From: Octopus vulgaris
Taxonomy: Eukaryota
Direction of reading: 5' to 3'
DNA length: 64,000 nucleotides
Assembly: GCA_951406725.2 (NCBI GenBank)
Contig: OX597818.1
Coordinates: 132,060,001-132,124,000, forward strand
Shown here: positions 52,890 to 64,000 of the stretch, piece after piece
Numbering within the stretch: the first letter of the stretch is position 1
How the letters are laid out: each line of letters begins with the position of its first letter
The notes under the pieces: generated by a model
The model's database searches: none
What the model saw: the letters and a program-made list of their open reading frames with translations, nothing else
What the model was told of the DNA's origin: nothing
Position numbers and translations under genes: made by a program

Positions 52890-54461
52890 GTGTGTGTGTG
52901 TGTGCATGTGTATATACTGCAATAGTTAGACTTAAAACATGTCTATATGTATATCTAATATATATACATACATACGTATGTGTGTGTGTTTATGTATATA
53001 TCTGTACAGTACATTTATATACTTTACATATATGATTATATATGACATGTTATATCAATCAGAACCTGCTCTTTTGAATAATACTAAATCATGTCAAATA
53101 GTTATTTAAATTTTTATATTTTCAACTGTAGAACTAAGAAAAATGAATTTATGAAATTATATATTACTAAGGTGTGTATGTTTTTAACAGAAGCAGCATT
53201 TTATATAATTTTCAATTATTTTATTAACTTTTACTTTGCCAAAGCTTTCATAATATCATTTAACTTATTTTCCACACCATATAAACTAAAGTATCTGTAT
53301 TATAGAATTTGACATGACCAAAAATTTAAATTTAAACATTTTTATATAGATTCATATAATTTTAACTAGTCTTAATCATTATTTATTAATTATTATTTCT
53401 AATGCAAGTTATTTAACCATTTTTCGAAGTATTATTACATATTAATGTTCTAATTGGCAAGCCAAATTAATTAAATCGCCTCCTTCCCCACTATTCTCTG
53501 AACCCCTCTGACCACTTCTAACATTGTTTTTCCTCTACTCCTTTGCAAAGCAGAATTGCATTTTTGAATCATTAGCATTTTGTTCGTTGGTTTATTTATT
53601 AATTTTTAAATTTGTTGAAAATTTCATAATTTTTAGAATTTAATTTCAATTTCACCTTCTTAAAAATTATTGTTGGCTTTATGATGAAATTTTAATTTCA
53701 ATTTTCCCTTGAACTGTTAATTTTATTTTTGTAATTTTATATTCATTTATTTATATATTTATGTATTTATATATACATATTTTTTTTATCAAAAATTTTA
53801 TTGATCTAAAACTGCCATAAACCTGTATCATCTAGATTTTATGTTTTATACTCCTCCAAAAGTGTCGCTAATAATAAAGTGAAAATAAATTTTACTTCCT
53901 TCTTTTTAAAAGTCAAAAGTCTTTCACTTCCACTCTACAAACACAGTATTAACATACAACATACATAACATACAACATCAACATCAACAATAACAACATT
54001 AGCAGCAGTGTCTGCAGCACTTGGCCTCATCTGGCTTCTTTTCGTCATTGCTTTTCATCTAACCCATCCAACTTCCTTTGCCCACTGCTGCAGGTCAGAT
54101 TAAAGTTGTGTTTTTTTTTAAAATCTCCCTCTACATTCCTTCTCTCTCTCTCTCTCTCCCTCCCTCTTTCTTTCTCTTCCTATCTTTTGTTCTTTAAATA
54201 AATAACTAAAAGCATAAACTTAAAAAATAAAAAATATACCATAAATCATAGCAACAATACCAACTTAATAAAACATATAAAGTCATAAATAAATATACAA
54301 ATAAATAAATTTAAAAAAAAAAAATATCCACAGTAAAACAATCTATTCTTCACACTTTCCTTGTCTGATGTTTGTATCTGACCATTCTCATTTAATTTTT
54401 TTTCATCTCCACTATTATACAATAGACATGCTATCCATTTAACCACCATCATCACTGTCAT

Positions 54462-54518
<57 letters not shown>

Positions 54519-55797
54519 AGCTGCTGCTGCTACCATCATCATCATCATCATCTATCTCATTTTTTAAACCATGCTTCTGTCTCTGTATGTAATCTACCCT
54601 TACCCCTAACATCCTACCTTCAAATAAATAGTTATGCAAATTTTCTTAAGTTACCAAGTGACAGGATCTGTTCAAATAGTGAAAAAGCAAAACAAAAACA
54701 CCGACAGAAAACAGCACAGCAATAATGACTACTACTAATACTACTACTACTACTATCACCACCACCACCACCACCACCACCACTTCTTTTTCTTCTTTTT
54801 TCTCTTTCTCCTCTTCTTTTCTTTCCATAAAGCATCCATGACTCACTCATGTGCAGCTGAGAGAACAAGAGCAGTTGTATTTATTTATTGTCATATCATC
54901 ATCAGAATCATCTTCCCTCTGAAAAGTTTACATCATCACAAGCACATCAGCATCATCAATACTATTATCAGCTTGTCAGTTTGAAATAAGCCTAACATGA
55001 GTCCCTCCCAAAAAAACATTGCGTGGATGTGTATGCGTGTATGTGTGTGCGCATGTGTGTGTGTGTGTGTTCATGTGTATGTGTGTGTATTTATGTCTGG
55101 GTTTTCTTTTATAAAAATCCTTTGTCCAACTTCATTTTATACATTTGCACACACACACACACTCGCATACATACTCAGACTCATATATACATTTTTCTGT
55201 AATGTTTATTATTTTTTTTTTTATTTTTATTTATCTAATATAATTGCTTCTATAAAACATTTAGTCCCCTCCCACTTTTCGAACCCTCTTCCTCACACAT
55301 CGTTTGTTATATTTCATCCCCACCACCACCACCACCACCACCACCACATTTACTTGCTACTAAGCAACAACAATAAGACCAAGCGAGCAAAATAGTAAAT
55401 AAACAATTTTGCTCTTTGGTTCACACTGTGTAACTTTGTGATTATCGAAGAAGAAAGAAAAAAAAACGTGTATATGCTATTCATCATTGCTTAGGTTCTT
55501 TATTGTTGTAATAGTTGTGAATTACAGTAATAGTACATCATCATTGTAAAATGCCTCACAGCTATTGTCTAAACATCTACCAAAGTTAGTTTAAATCGTG
55601 ATTGTAATCTAGTCAATAAAAAACAGCTATCAGTTATATATTGCAGATGATTTAATAGATTACTCCCTCTGTCCACCTTGTACTGTTGGACCTAGACTTG
55701 GTTAAAAAAATCCCCACTAATATTAATGATTTTAGTTCTTGGTTATAGTTTCAATTGTTGTCTATTATCATTCTTCTTCTTCTTCTTCTTCTTCTTC

Positions 55798-55845
<48 letters not shown>

Positions 55846-55848
55846 TCC

Positions 55849-56076
55849 TTAACCCTTTTGTTACTGTATTTATTTTCAGATGCTCTGTGTTTCTTTCAAT
55901 TACTTTAAATATAACAGAGAATTTAGTAGAGTAACTTAGTTATCATTCAGCTAGTGTTAGGAGCATTAATTATGACTAAGATTTGGTGGAAGATTTTAAA
56001 TCAAAACTTATGTAAACAAGATATTTGTACTCAGAGCCAGAGCCGGTTTCAGCCGGGTTGGTATCAAAAGGGTTAA
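55849..56076. mobile_element. piggyBac-type MITE family 1
   Basis: TTAA-cccttttgttac ... gtatcaaaaggg-TTAA; immediately followed by an internally deleted family C SINE (56075-56235). Confidence 0.85.
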
Positions 56077-56234
56077 GGTGGTGAACTGAGAGATCCGGTA
56101 ACACAGCAGACAAAATGCCTAACAGAATTTCTTTGGGCTCTAAGTTCTGGGTTCAAATAGTAGAGTACTGGGGTTGATATAATCAACTATATCCGTCTCC
56201 CAAATTTCAGGCCTTGTGCCTATAGTAGAAAAGC

Positions 56235-56310
<76 letters not shown>

Positions 56311-56399
56311 CATCATCATCATCATCATCATCATAATGCAATAGCCTCATTTTTGTCTGCTAAACAATGATTGTTATTATTGTTTGCATTGCTGTTGTT

Positions 56400-56573
56400 A
56401 TAAAATCACCCACTACACTCTCGGAGTGGTTGGCGTTAGGAAGGGCATCCAGCTGTAGAAACACTGCCAGATCTGACTGGCCTGGTGCAGCCTTCGGGCT
56501 CCCCAGACTCCAGTTGAACCGTCCAACCCATGCTAGCATGGAAAGCGGACGTTAAATGATGATGATGATGATG
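56400..56573 (+). mobile_element. Family B young 3' end
   Basis: Near-identical to 6855-7022 (reverse complement) and 28870-29058. Confidence 0.85.
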
Positions 56574-56699
56574 ATATCTCTATCTCACCCAGAGACCTCA
56601 AACAACACCAAGTTAGGCATTTTACTAATTAGCAACGATATATTTCAGAAAAAAGGAGACCAAATACTCAGAATCAAGATTCCGTTAAAAGTTTTTTTG

Positions 56700-57100
56700 T
56701 AGTATTTGAGATTTTAAAAGATTGAAGCCTTCCCAGGTTGAAAGTGCTTTCGTTAGGATGTGGGATGTAGCCATGAGAACAACTTCTTTTTTAGTTCTGA
56801 TACATATGGGGTTTCCTGATTTTTGATCATATTATTTAAGAGCACCATTTGATATTATTTCTGCTGATCACAGGTACAGTTGTCATTCTTAGATGTCACA
56901 TTTTTGAGACCCCTACTTCAAAGTACTTGTATTTACTTAACTTTCCAAATGTGGTGTAGTCTGCTGGGATTGATATATTTATGAGCAAACATACTTTTAT
57001 CTATGTGTTATTTCATCACAGTATTTGGGCTTTTGCTCTGAATAATTGGATCAGTTTCAATACTAAAGTCCCAAAGAATGGTGTTGTTTTTCTTTTCAAC
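56700..57100 (-). mobile_element. Decayed R4/Dong-like endonuclease-domain fragment
   Basis: Minus strand VEKKNNTILWDFSIETD...CLLINISIPAD..FGKLSKYKYFE...TVPVI...VVLMATSHILTKALS. Confidence 0.7.
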
Positions 57101-57149
57101 ATACTACTAATACGATTATAATTTATTATTATCATTATTATTATTATTA

Positions 57150-57423
57150 TTCAGTAGTTTTATTTTTATAGCGTGATTTCACTTCACTACCGAGCGCAGC
57201 TCTGTGTGCCTTGGGTATGTGCTGTGATTTGTTGTGATGCTCTGATGGTTATTGTATGGAAAGTGTTCTGCGTAGGATGTGTGCAGTGCCTAGTAGTGCA
57301 ATTTTCTGTATGTTATATGTGTTTGTAAGTCCTGGTGTTTTTGTTATGTATTTGTCTGAATATTTTTTTATCATGCCTAATACACCTACTATGATAGGAA
57401 TTGTTTCTGCTTTTAGATTCCAC
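57150..57423 (-). mobile_element. Younger R4/Dong-like 3' end inserted in (TAA)n
   Basis: Minus strand WNLKAETIPIIVGVLGMIKKYSDKYITKTPGLTNTYNIQKIALLGTAHILRRTLSIQ* plus short 3'UTR; TAT repeats on both sides. Confidence 0.8.
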
Positions 57424-57789
57424 TATTATTATTATTATTATTATTATTATGTTTATCTTAAGGTGGTGGTTTGGAGCAATCAGACAAAATGCTTAGTGGT
57501 ATATAATTATGTCCCTTTGCATTTTAAATTCAAATTTTAATATAGCTGATTTTTTCATTTCAAATTTCTAGGCTTGATATTATAAGGTACTGATCAAATA
57601 CTGGTATCAGTTTAATCCATAATACTCTTCCACAAAAGTGATGCTTTGTGCCTATGTTTGAAATCTATATTATTTTTGAAATTGTTTGGAGAAATGACAC
57701 TATTGGATGACAACAATGATATTTAGATTCATACTTTTATTTCCTTATCTTAAACCAGCTAAAGTCAATGTATTCTTTCATCCTTACCA

Positions 57790-58210
57790 TACTCTCTTTT
57801 ACTCTTTTACTTGTTTCAGTCATTTGACTGCGGCCATGCTGGAGCACCGTCTTTAGTCGAGCAAATCGACCCCGGGACTTATTCTTTGTAAGCCCAGTAC
57901 TTATTCTATCGGTCTCTTTTGCTGAACCGCTAAGTGATGGGGACATAAACACACCAGCATCGGTTGTCAAGCAATGCTAGGGGACAAACACAGACACACA
58001 AACACACAAACATATACACACACACTTATATATATATACATATATACGACAGGCTTCTTTCAGTTTCCGTCTACCAAATCCACTCACAAGGCATTGGTCG
58101 GCCCAGGGCTATAGCAGAAGACACTTGTCCAAGATGCCACGCAGTGGGACTGAACCTGGAACCATGTGGTTGGTTAGCAAGCTACTTACCACACAGCCAC
58201 CCCTGCGCCT
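57790..58210 (-). mobile_element. SINE family A, young full-length copy
   Basis: Near-identical to 15693-16103. A decayed family A copy follows at 58340-58712. Confidence 0.9.
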
Positions 58211-58719
58211 ATAAATGTTATAAATATCAACTTATCTTACTTTTACATATTAGTATTATGCTTAATGTAAGAAAAAATACTATTTACTTTTTATTGATTC
58301 CCTCTTTACATTCACTCTTTCTATATATCATTCATATTTTATCTTTTACTTGTTTCTTTCATTACACTGTAGCCATACTGGAGCACCATGCTGTAGGGTT
58401 TAGTTATAGAAATTGACCCAAGTGTTTATTTTTAAAGTCCTTATTCTATCAGTGTCTATCAGGTACTTATTCTATCAGTGTCTTTTGTTGAACCACTAGG
58501 TTATGGAAACATAAACAAGTCTAAGCAGCGGTGGAGGAAACACAAGCACACACACAAACATGTATACACTTATATATAACACTGTTATATATAAGTGTAT
58601 ATAAGAGCATTAGTTGGTCTGGGGCCATAGTGGAAAATATTTGTCCAAGGTGTCATGCAGTGGGACTGAACTAAAAACTATATTGCTACAAAGTAAGCTT
58701 TTTAACCACACTGCATCTG

Positions 58720-59990
58720 TTTTGGAATGGTTTCATAGGTAGATGCCCTTCCTAATGCCAATCACTTTACAGAGTAATCCCATGACTGGTGAGGTTGCCT
58801 TGTAGCTTCCAAGACAAAAGGGCCTAAGGGGTTCCATGTAACTGAAAGACAATAGGAAAGGAAGAGAGGGTGTGGTGATTTTCAGCAAGGTGATGAGAGA
58901 TGGTGAGCAAATTTATAATTGTGAAAGAATGGTAATGAAGAGAGTAACTGAGTAGTCACTATTGGGGGGGGGGGAGTTTGGAAGGAATAGGGGAAGGGAA
59001 GGGATTTGTAACAGTGGTTAGTGAGAAAGGAAGAGATAGAGTGGTAAAGGTAATGAAGTGAGTTGTGTTGCAAGGATCCCAGGCTGCAGTATATTATAAG
59101 GGTTTACATAGGTGGAAGGTATGGTGGGGACAGAACATGAAAAAAATAAGTAAATGAGCACAGCTATGGTCCAGGGAGAGTAATTCAAAGAGGGATACAG
59201 GGGTTCATGGTGTGTATTTCAGAGAGATGAGAGGGTGTTGGAGTGGCAGAGTACTTGGGTGGGAGGAAAAGGGCAAACAGTAGAAGAAAAGAAGTAGGGA
59301 AGGGATAATGGATGGCAATTGGTGAACGAGTGAGCATCACAAGTGGTGAGACAAGATATGAATGATAGACTGATGACAAAAATGAGTGGGGAGATGGATG
59401 GAGGAGGAAGGTGGGTGCAGGTAGAGTAATGGAGGTGGACTAATACAATGTCTCTTACACAGGCTTAGTGAAGGATTGGAGAGTTAGAGTGATGGGGAGT
59501 AGTATGAGAGAAAACTTGCCAAATATGAGGAGCTATTACAGCTGTGCAGGAGCCAAGGCTGGTGGGTGCGACTGCAAGCCAAGTGATCTTGCAGGGTTTT
59601 GTGGGGCATTTGCTCTGCATTACAAAGTAGAAACTAGGTTTGGAACTATTGGTACAGCAATACATTTTGACACTGAGGCTAGAGAGAAGGCCACTATAAA
59701 TGGCTTGGGGTTTATGTGGGAGTGGAAGAGGTGCAAGTGAAGGTGTATAAGGGTAAGTGAAGTGGGAAAGTGTGGTATGGGAAGAAATGTATGTATAGGG
59801 CAGATGGGGAGAGCAAGTAAGTTGAGGGAATGGATAGGGAGAAAAGGGATTAGAAGAATTGTGGAGAGGGTTGAGACCAAAAGAGCTATAATTTTCATAG
59901 AGAAAATGAGCTTCAGTTCCCTTTGGAGGCAAGTGGTGAGGGAGTCAAGGGTGGTGGACATGCGAAAGACCAAAAGGTGGTTATGCATAA
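58720..59990 (-). mobile_element. Probable old RTE-type LINE 3'UTR (strongly purine-skewed on + strand)
   Basis: Begins with family-B-like tail sequence (gatgcccttcctaatgccaatcactttacagag) and continues as a G/A-rich tract, the same layout as 27838-29410. Confidence 0.5.
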
Positions 59991-60295
59991 TTTAAGCATG
60001 TATTTGTACATAAACCTCTACATGTATACATTTTAGGAAAAAAAAATAACCATTTTACCTTAATATCGTGTTTAGCTTTATACATGTAGCAAATGCCACC
60101 TATCTAATGTGTATTTGTTTCATATATATTATTAATTATATCGGATTGGAGATCAATTCTCTTCTAATTTTCCTGAGATAATTAGAAATAAATATTTTTA
60201 TGAAATATTAAATTAATTAATTTATATATTAATGAGCTAAGGTCTATCAAAGAATATTATATATGTAATGAATGCATGTATGTACACATCCACCA

Positions 60296-60338
<43 letters not shown>

Positions 60339-60415
60339 CATATATATATACACGTATATGTGTATGTGTGTGCATGCATGTATGTGTGTGAATGTGACTT
60401 AACTGGCTAATTAAT

Positions 60416-60460
<45 letters not shown>

Positions 60461-60834
60461 CATAAACATATATATATGTGTGCATACATACATGAATATA
60501 TATATAAAATAAAATAATAAAACACCTATTTATATGTAATAAAATAGTTAATTACATATATATGTACACACACACACACACACACAAAACAAACACACAT
60601 ACTCTCATATATATACATAAGTACATTCATTTATTTATTTATTTATCTATTTATTTAACAAAGCAGCTAATTACTTTATATGTATGTGTTTGTGTGTCCT
60701 GTTCTATAGATAAATTAATTAGCTTAAATATATATGATATTTTTGTTGTGTTGTATAGCGAAAATAATTAGTTGATGTTTATATGAGTGTTTGTGTATGT
60801 GAGTGTATACTTATATTTATAAGCTCAACATGCA

Positions 60835-60883
<49 letters not shown>

Positions 60884-60904
60884 TATACTTATATGTATAT
60901 ATAC

Positions 60905-60958
<54 letters not shown>

Positions 60959-61529
60959 CACTTATATATAATAATTTAGTTTTCATGCACACACTTGCAC
61001 ATTAACACACACACATATTGTATATAACAAATATGTGTGCGTGTATGTATACATACATGTATAGTATATACACGGTACATCCAGACATGCACACACACAC
61101 ACACACGCACTCACACATAAATATGCCTGAGTGATTAGAAAGCTTGCTACTCAACCATATGACTTCAGGTTCAGTCCCACTGCAAGCTACTGTTTGCAAG
61201 TTTCTTTCAATACATTACTAAGCTGACCAAGGCTGTGTGAGTGGATGGATATAGTACATAGAAATCAAAAGAAGCCTGGTGTATATATATCTCTGTGTGT
61301 ATGTGAACTACTTAGCCAAATAGACATGTGTGTGTGTGTACCTATATCTATAGCTATGTATATATATATAATTATTAGTGACAGAAGCTGTATTAATGCT
61401 TGTATAAATATTAAAAGGTAGTCTTTATGAACCATGTGGTCATATTGAGTGGTCTTCTCAAAGTAAATAAGTGTTCAGCACTCTAACAATACATCCATGC
61501 TGGATATAAAGATTGCCAATATGCAATAA

Positions 61530-61575
<46 letters not shown>

Positions 61576-61960
61576 GCACACACACACACTTATATACACA
61601 TACACATATATATACATATACATGCCTATATATTTGTACTTGTATACACGCATACATAGTTTAGAATAATTGCTATAGAAATATTGAATTCATAACGGTT
61701 GTGTTCATATTTGTGTTTATTTATTTGAATGAATTATATAGTGTGAAATATGGAATATATTTCTGACATGATATCATAAAATGATATGTGCTTAATTTCC
61801 CACTGGATCAGTAATTATATTTCCATCTCAATGTATATGTTTGTCTACGAAAGCATTGGATTATATTTTTTTTTACGTGTTTGTTAATGTTAGAGTAATG
61901 GGAGGTGGTCAAATGCATTTTATATCACACATGTGTTCTAGTGACACACATAATAACACA

Positions 61961-61991
<31 letters not shown>

Positions 61992-61996
<5 letters not shown>

Positions 61997-62211
61997 TAAT
62001 CCAAACAAGAAAACACAGAAAAAAACACAGCAACGCGAGGACGTGGAACAATTAAAGTATTATTTGACGCTCAGGAAAGAAGGGAAGGAGGGTTTAACGT
62101 TTCGAGCGGAGCTCTTCGTCGGAAACAAGGAGAAGGAAAGATCCCAAGAAGGGAAGACAGAGGAAAAAAATATTTTTGCTGGTGGTGCTCAAGAGATCAC
62201 ATGTTGAAAGA
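61992..62211 (-). mobile_element. Penelope-like pLTR-type insert in (TA)n with a minimal hammerhead variant (62092-62126)
   Basis: Minus strand gttt-CCGACGA-a gagc tcc gctc-GAA-ACGT-T-aaac; CpG-rich and TA-flanked on both sides. Confidence 0.55.
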
Positions 62212-62604
62212 CATATATATATATATATATATATATAGGATTCATGTGTGTGTTTGTGCCTATGTACATGTGGGTGTGTGTGTGCATGCATGTGTGTACA
62301 AGCATGATGTGAATTATACGTGCATATTTGTGGGTTGCCTCTCCAGGAGTGTAGTAACAATGAATAAGAACTGATACAGGCCAGAGGGAACTCTTCAGTC
62401 CAGCTGCAAATAGTCTCTTTCGTGATAATAGTTTGACAAAATGCACCCAGTTCACCCAATATAACATATACTGCAACAAAGTTGGTTGATGTTCCCTGTA
62501 GCTGTTTGTGCCATACATCACAGGCAATGATGAGCGGCAATACATTTTTATATCAATACAGTCAATGCAAACATGGACAAATAAGCACAGAATTGTGATG
62601 AAAT

Positions 62605-62767
62605 GTCTGTGTGGTAAGTAGCTTGCTCACCAACGACATGGTTCTGGGTTCAGTCCCACTGCGTGGCACCTTGGGCAAGTGTCTTCTACTATACCCTCAC
62701 GCTGACCAAAGCCTTGTGAGTGGATCTGGTTGACAGAAGCTGAAAGAAGCTGATCATGTATATATAG

Positions 62768-62820
<53 letters not shown>

Positions 62821-63025
62821 TATTTGTGTGTGTTTCTGCGTTTGTTCCCCCATCATCGCTTGACAACAGATGTAGGTGTATTTACATTCCGGCAAAAGAA
62901 ACTGATAGAATAAGTACTAGACTTACAAAGAATAAGTAGTCCTGGGGGTCGATTTGTTTGACTAAAGGCAGTACTCCAGCATGGCTACAGTGAAATAACT
63001 GAAACAAATAAAAGAATAAAAGAAT
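62605..63025 (+). mobile_element. SINE family A
   Basis: Homology to family A head, body and tail. Confidence 0.85.
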
Positions 63026-63344
63026 ATATAGTAATAATTTATTTCACCTTCTTTCAAGCTGCGAACAAGGCCATTTGTCAGTTGTCTTTTGAAAAAGAAA
63101 ATTTAGAAATAAATTTGGTCACAACTATTTCAGTTGTTCAGTTTATATGGCAGGGTTGAAGTTAAGTAATGTTTTACTTAGATGAGGGAAATGTAGGGAG
63201 TATAAGTAGCTTTTTTTGAAGTGTGAAAGAAATGATGAAGTAGATATGGTATTGAACTATCCAATTATGTTATTGAATTCTAGTCAATTTAGGGGTTTTG
63301 TTTTGCATTTTGGTACTATTACTGTCCCTTATTCCATACGCCTT

Positions 63345-63672
63345 GTTAGTGGCACTCCATCAATTACAACGACAAGTGTTCTAGTTGATGCAATCACCAG
63401 AAAAGCCTGCTCATCAAATTTATGTGCAAGTAGCTAAGCACTTTACAGTCGTGCTATACCTTTCACATAGTTCTCAGGGAGATTCAATGTGACACAGAAG
63501 ATGATAAGGCTGGCTGTTTTGATTACTTGTGCAACTCATTTTTGTCAGCTGAGTGGACTGGGGCAATGTGAAATAAAGTGTATTTGCTCAAGGAAAAGAC
63601 ATGCTGCAGAGAATCAAAATCACAACCTTACAGGCATGAGCCAAATATCTTAACTACTAAGCCATGTACCTT
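63345..63672 (-). mobile_element. Decayed tRNA-derived SINE of a further family (E)
   Basis: Minus strand tggcttagtagttaag (A-box-like), ccttgagcaaatacacttt, ccactcagctgacaaaaatgag. Single copy in the window. Confidence 0.55.
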
Positions 63673-64000
63673 CACAATTCTATACACTAGAGTTCGCCTA
63701 TTTCTAAAAATATGTGTGCTAGGATTCTTTGAGAATTATCTACATACACTAGCATCTTATTCAGAGATAAAGGTACTTAGAGAAATAGGTATCATACCAC
63801 CATAAATGGATTTGATGGGTGTACAACACAATATACTATGATTTGTATTATTTCTTTTTGTCTGCTTAGAATTATAGAACAAGCTTTTAATATTCATGAA
63901 CTAAAAACTAATCCTTTGTGTTAAGAAGATCTTTGCAATTTTAGAGATATTACAATTTATATCAGTTCATTATATTGTTTGGTCATATGGTCTGCAATGC

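Noticed and set aside
53970-54100. Hydrophobic frame (LAAVSAALGLIWLLFVIAF...) before cag|gtcaga on +, and mini-ORF MKSNDEKKPDEAKCCRHCC on -
   Set aside because: No in-frame ATG or convincing acceptor on +. The minus ORF is 19 aa and preceded by a stop. Insufficient support for an exon.
59465-59995. Overlapping 77-155 aa ORFs in the purine-skewed tract
   Set aside because: Explained by strand compositional skew of a probable LINE UTR; no recognisable motifs.
62300-62545. Unique-sequence minus-strand ORFs (118-148 aa)
   Set aside because: No recognisable domain, they run into microsatellite, and there is no clear splice-site support.

Overview
Very AT-rich, microsatellite-saturated metazoan non-coding DNA. 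The repeat families and composition look like an octopus/coleoid cephalopod genome (inference from recognition, not a database result). I find no credible host protein-coding exon, rRNA, bona fide tRNA or CRISPR array. Almost all ORFs in the track are microsatellite translations. The window is a mosaic of mobile-element remnants: several tRNA-headed SINE families, RTE-, CR1- and R4/Dong-like LINE fragments, a decayed Tc1/mariner (maT/DD37D-like) element, two TTAA-flanked piggyBac-type MITE families and a possible Helitron-like fragment. The most interesting signal is a set of unrelated short inserts inside (TA)n tracts that carry type I hammerhead-ribozyme motifs (CTGANGA...GAAA...NTH), often in inverted or hairpin arrangement, as expected for Penelope-like pseudo-LTRs or retrozyme-like elements. 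One of these is a palindrome with a hammerhead on each strand. A CpG-richer trinucleotide-repeat island at about 34.5-36.4 kb is a candidate promoter/5'UTR. Coordinates were read by eye and element edges are approximate.
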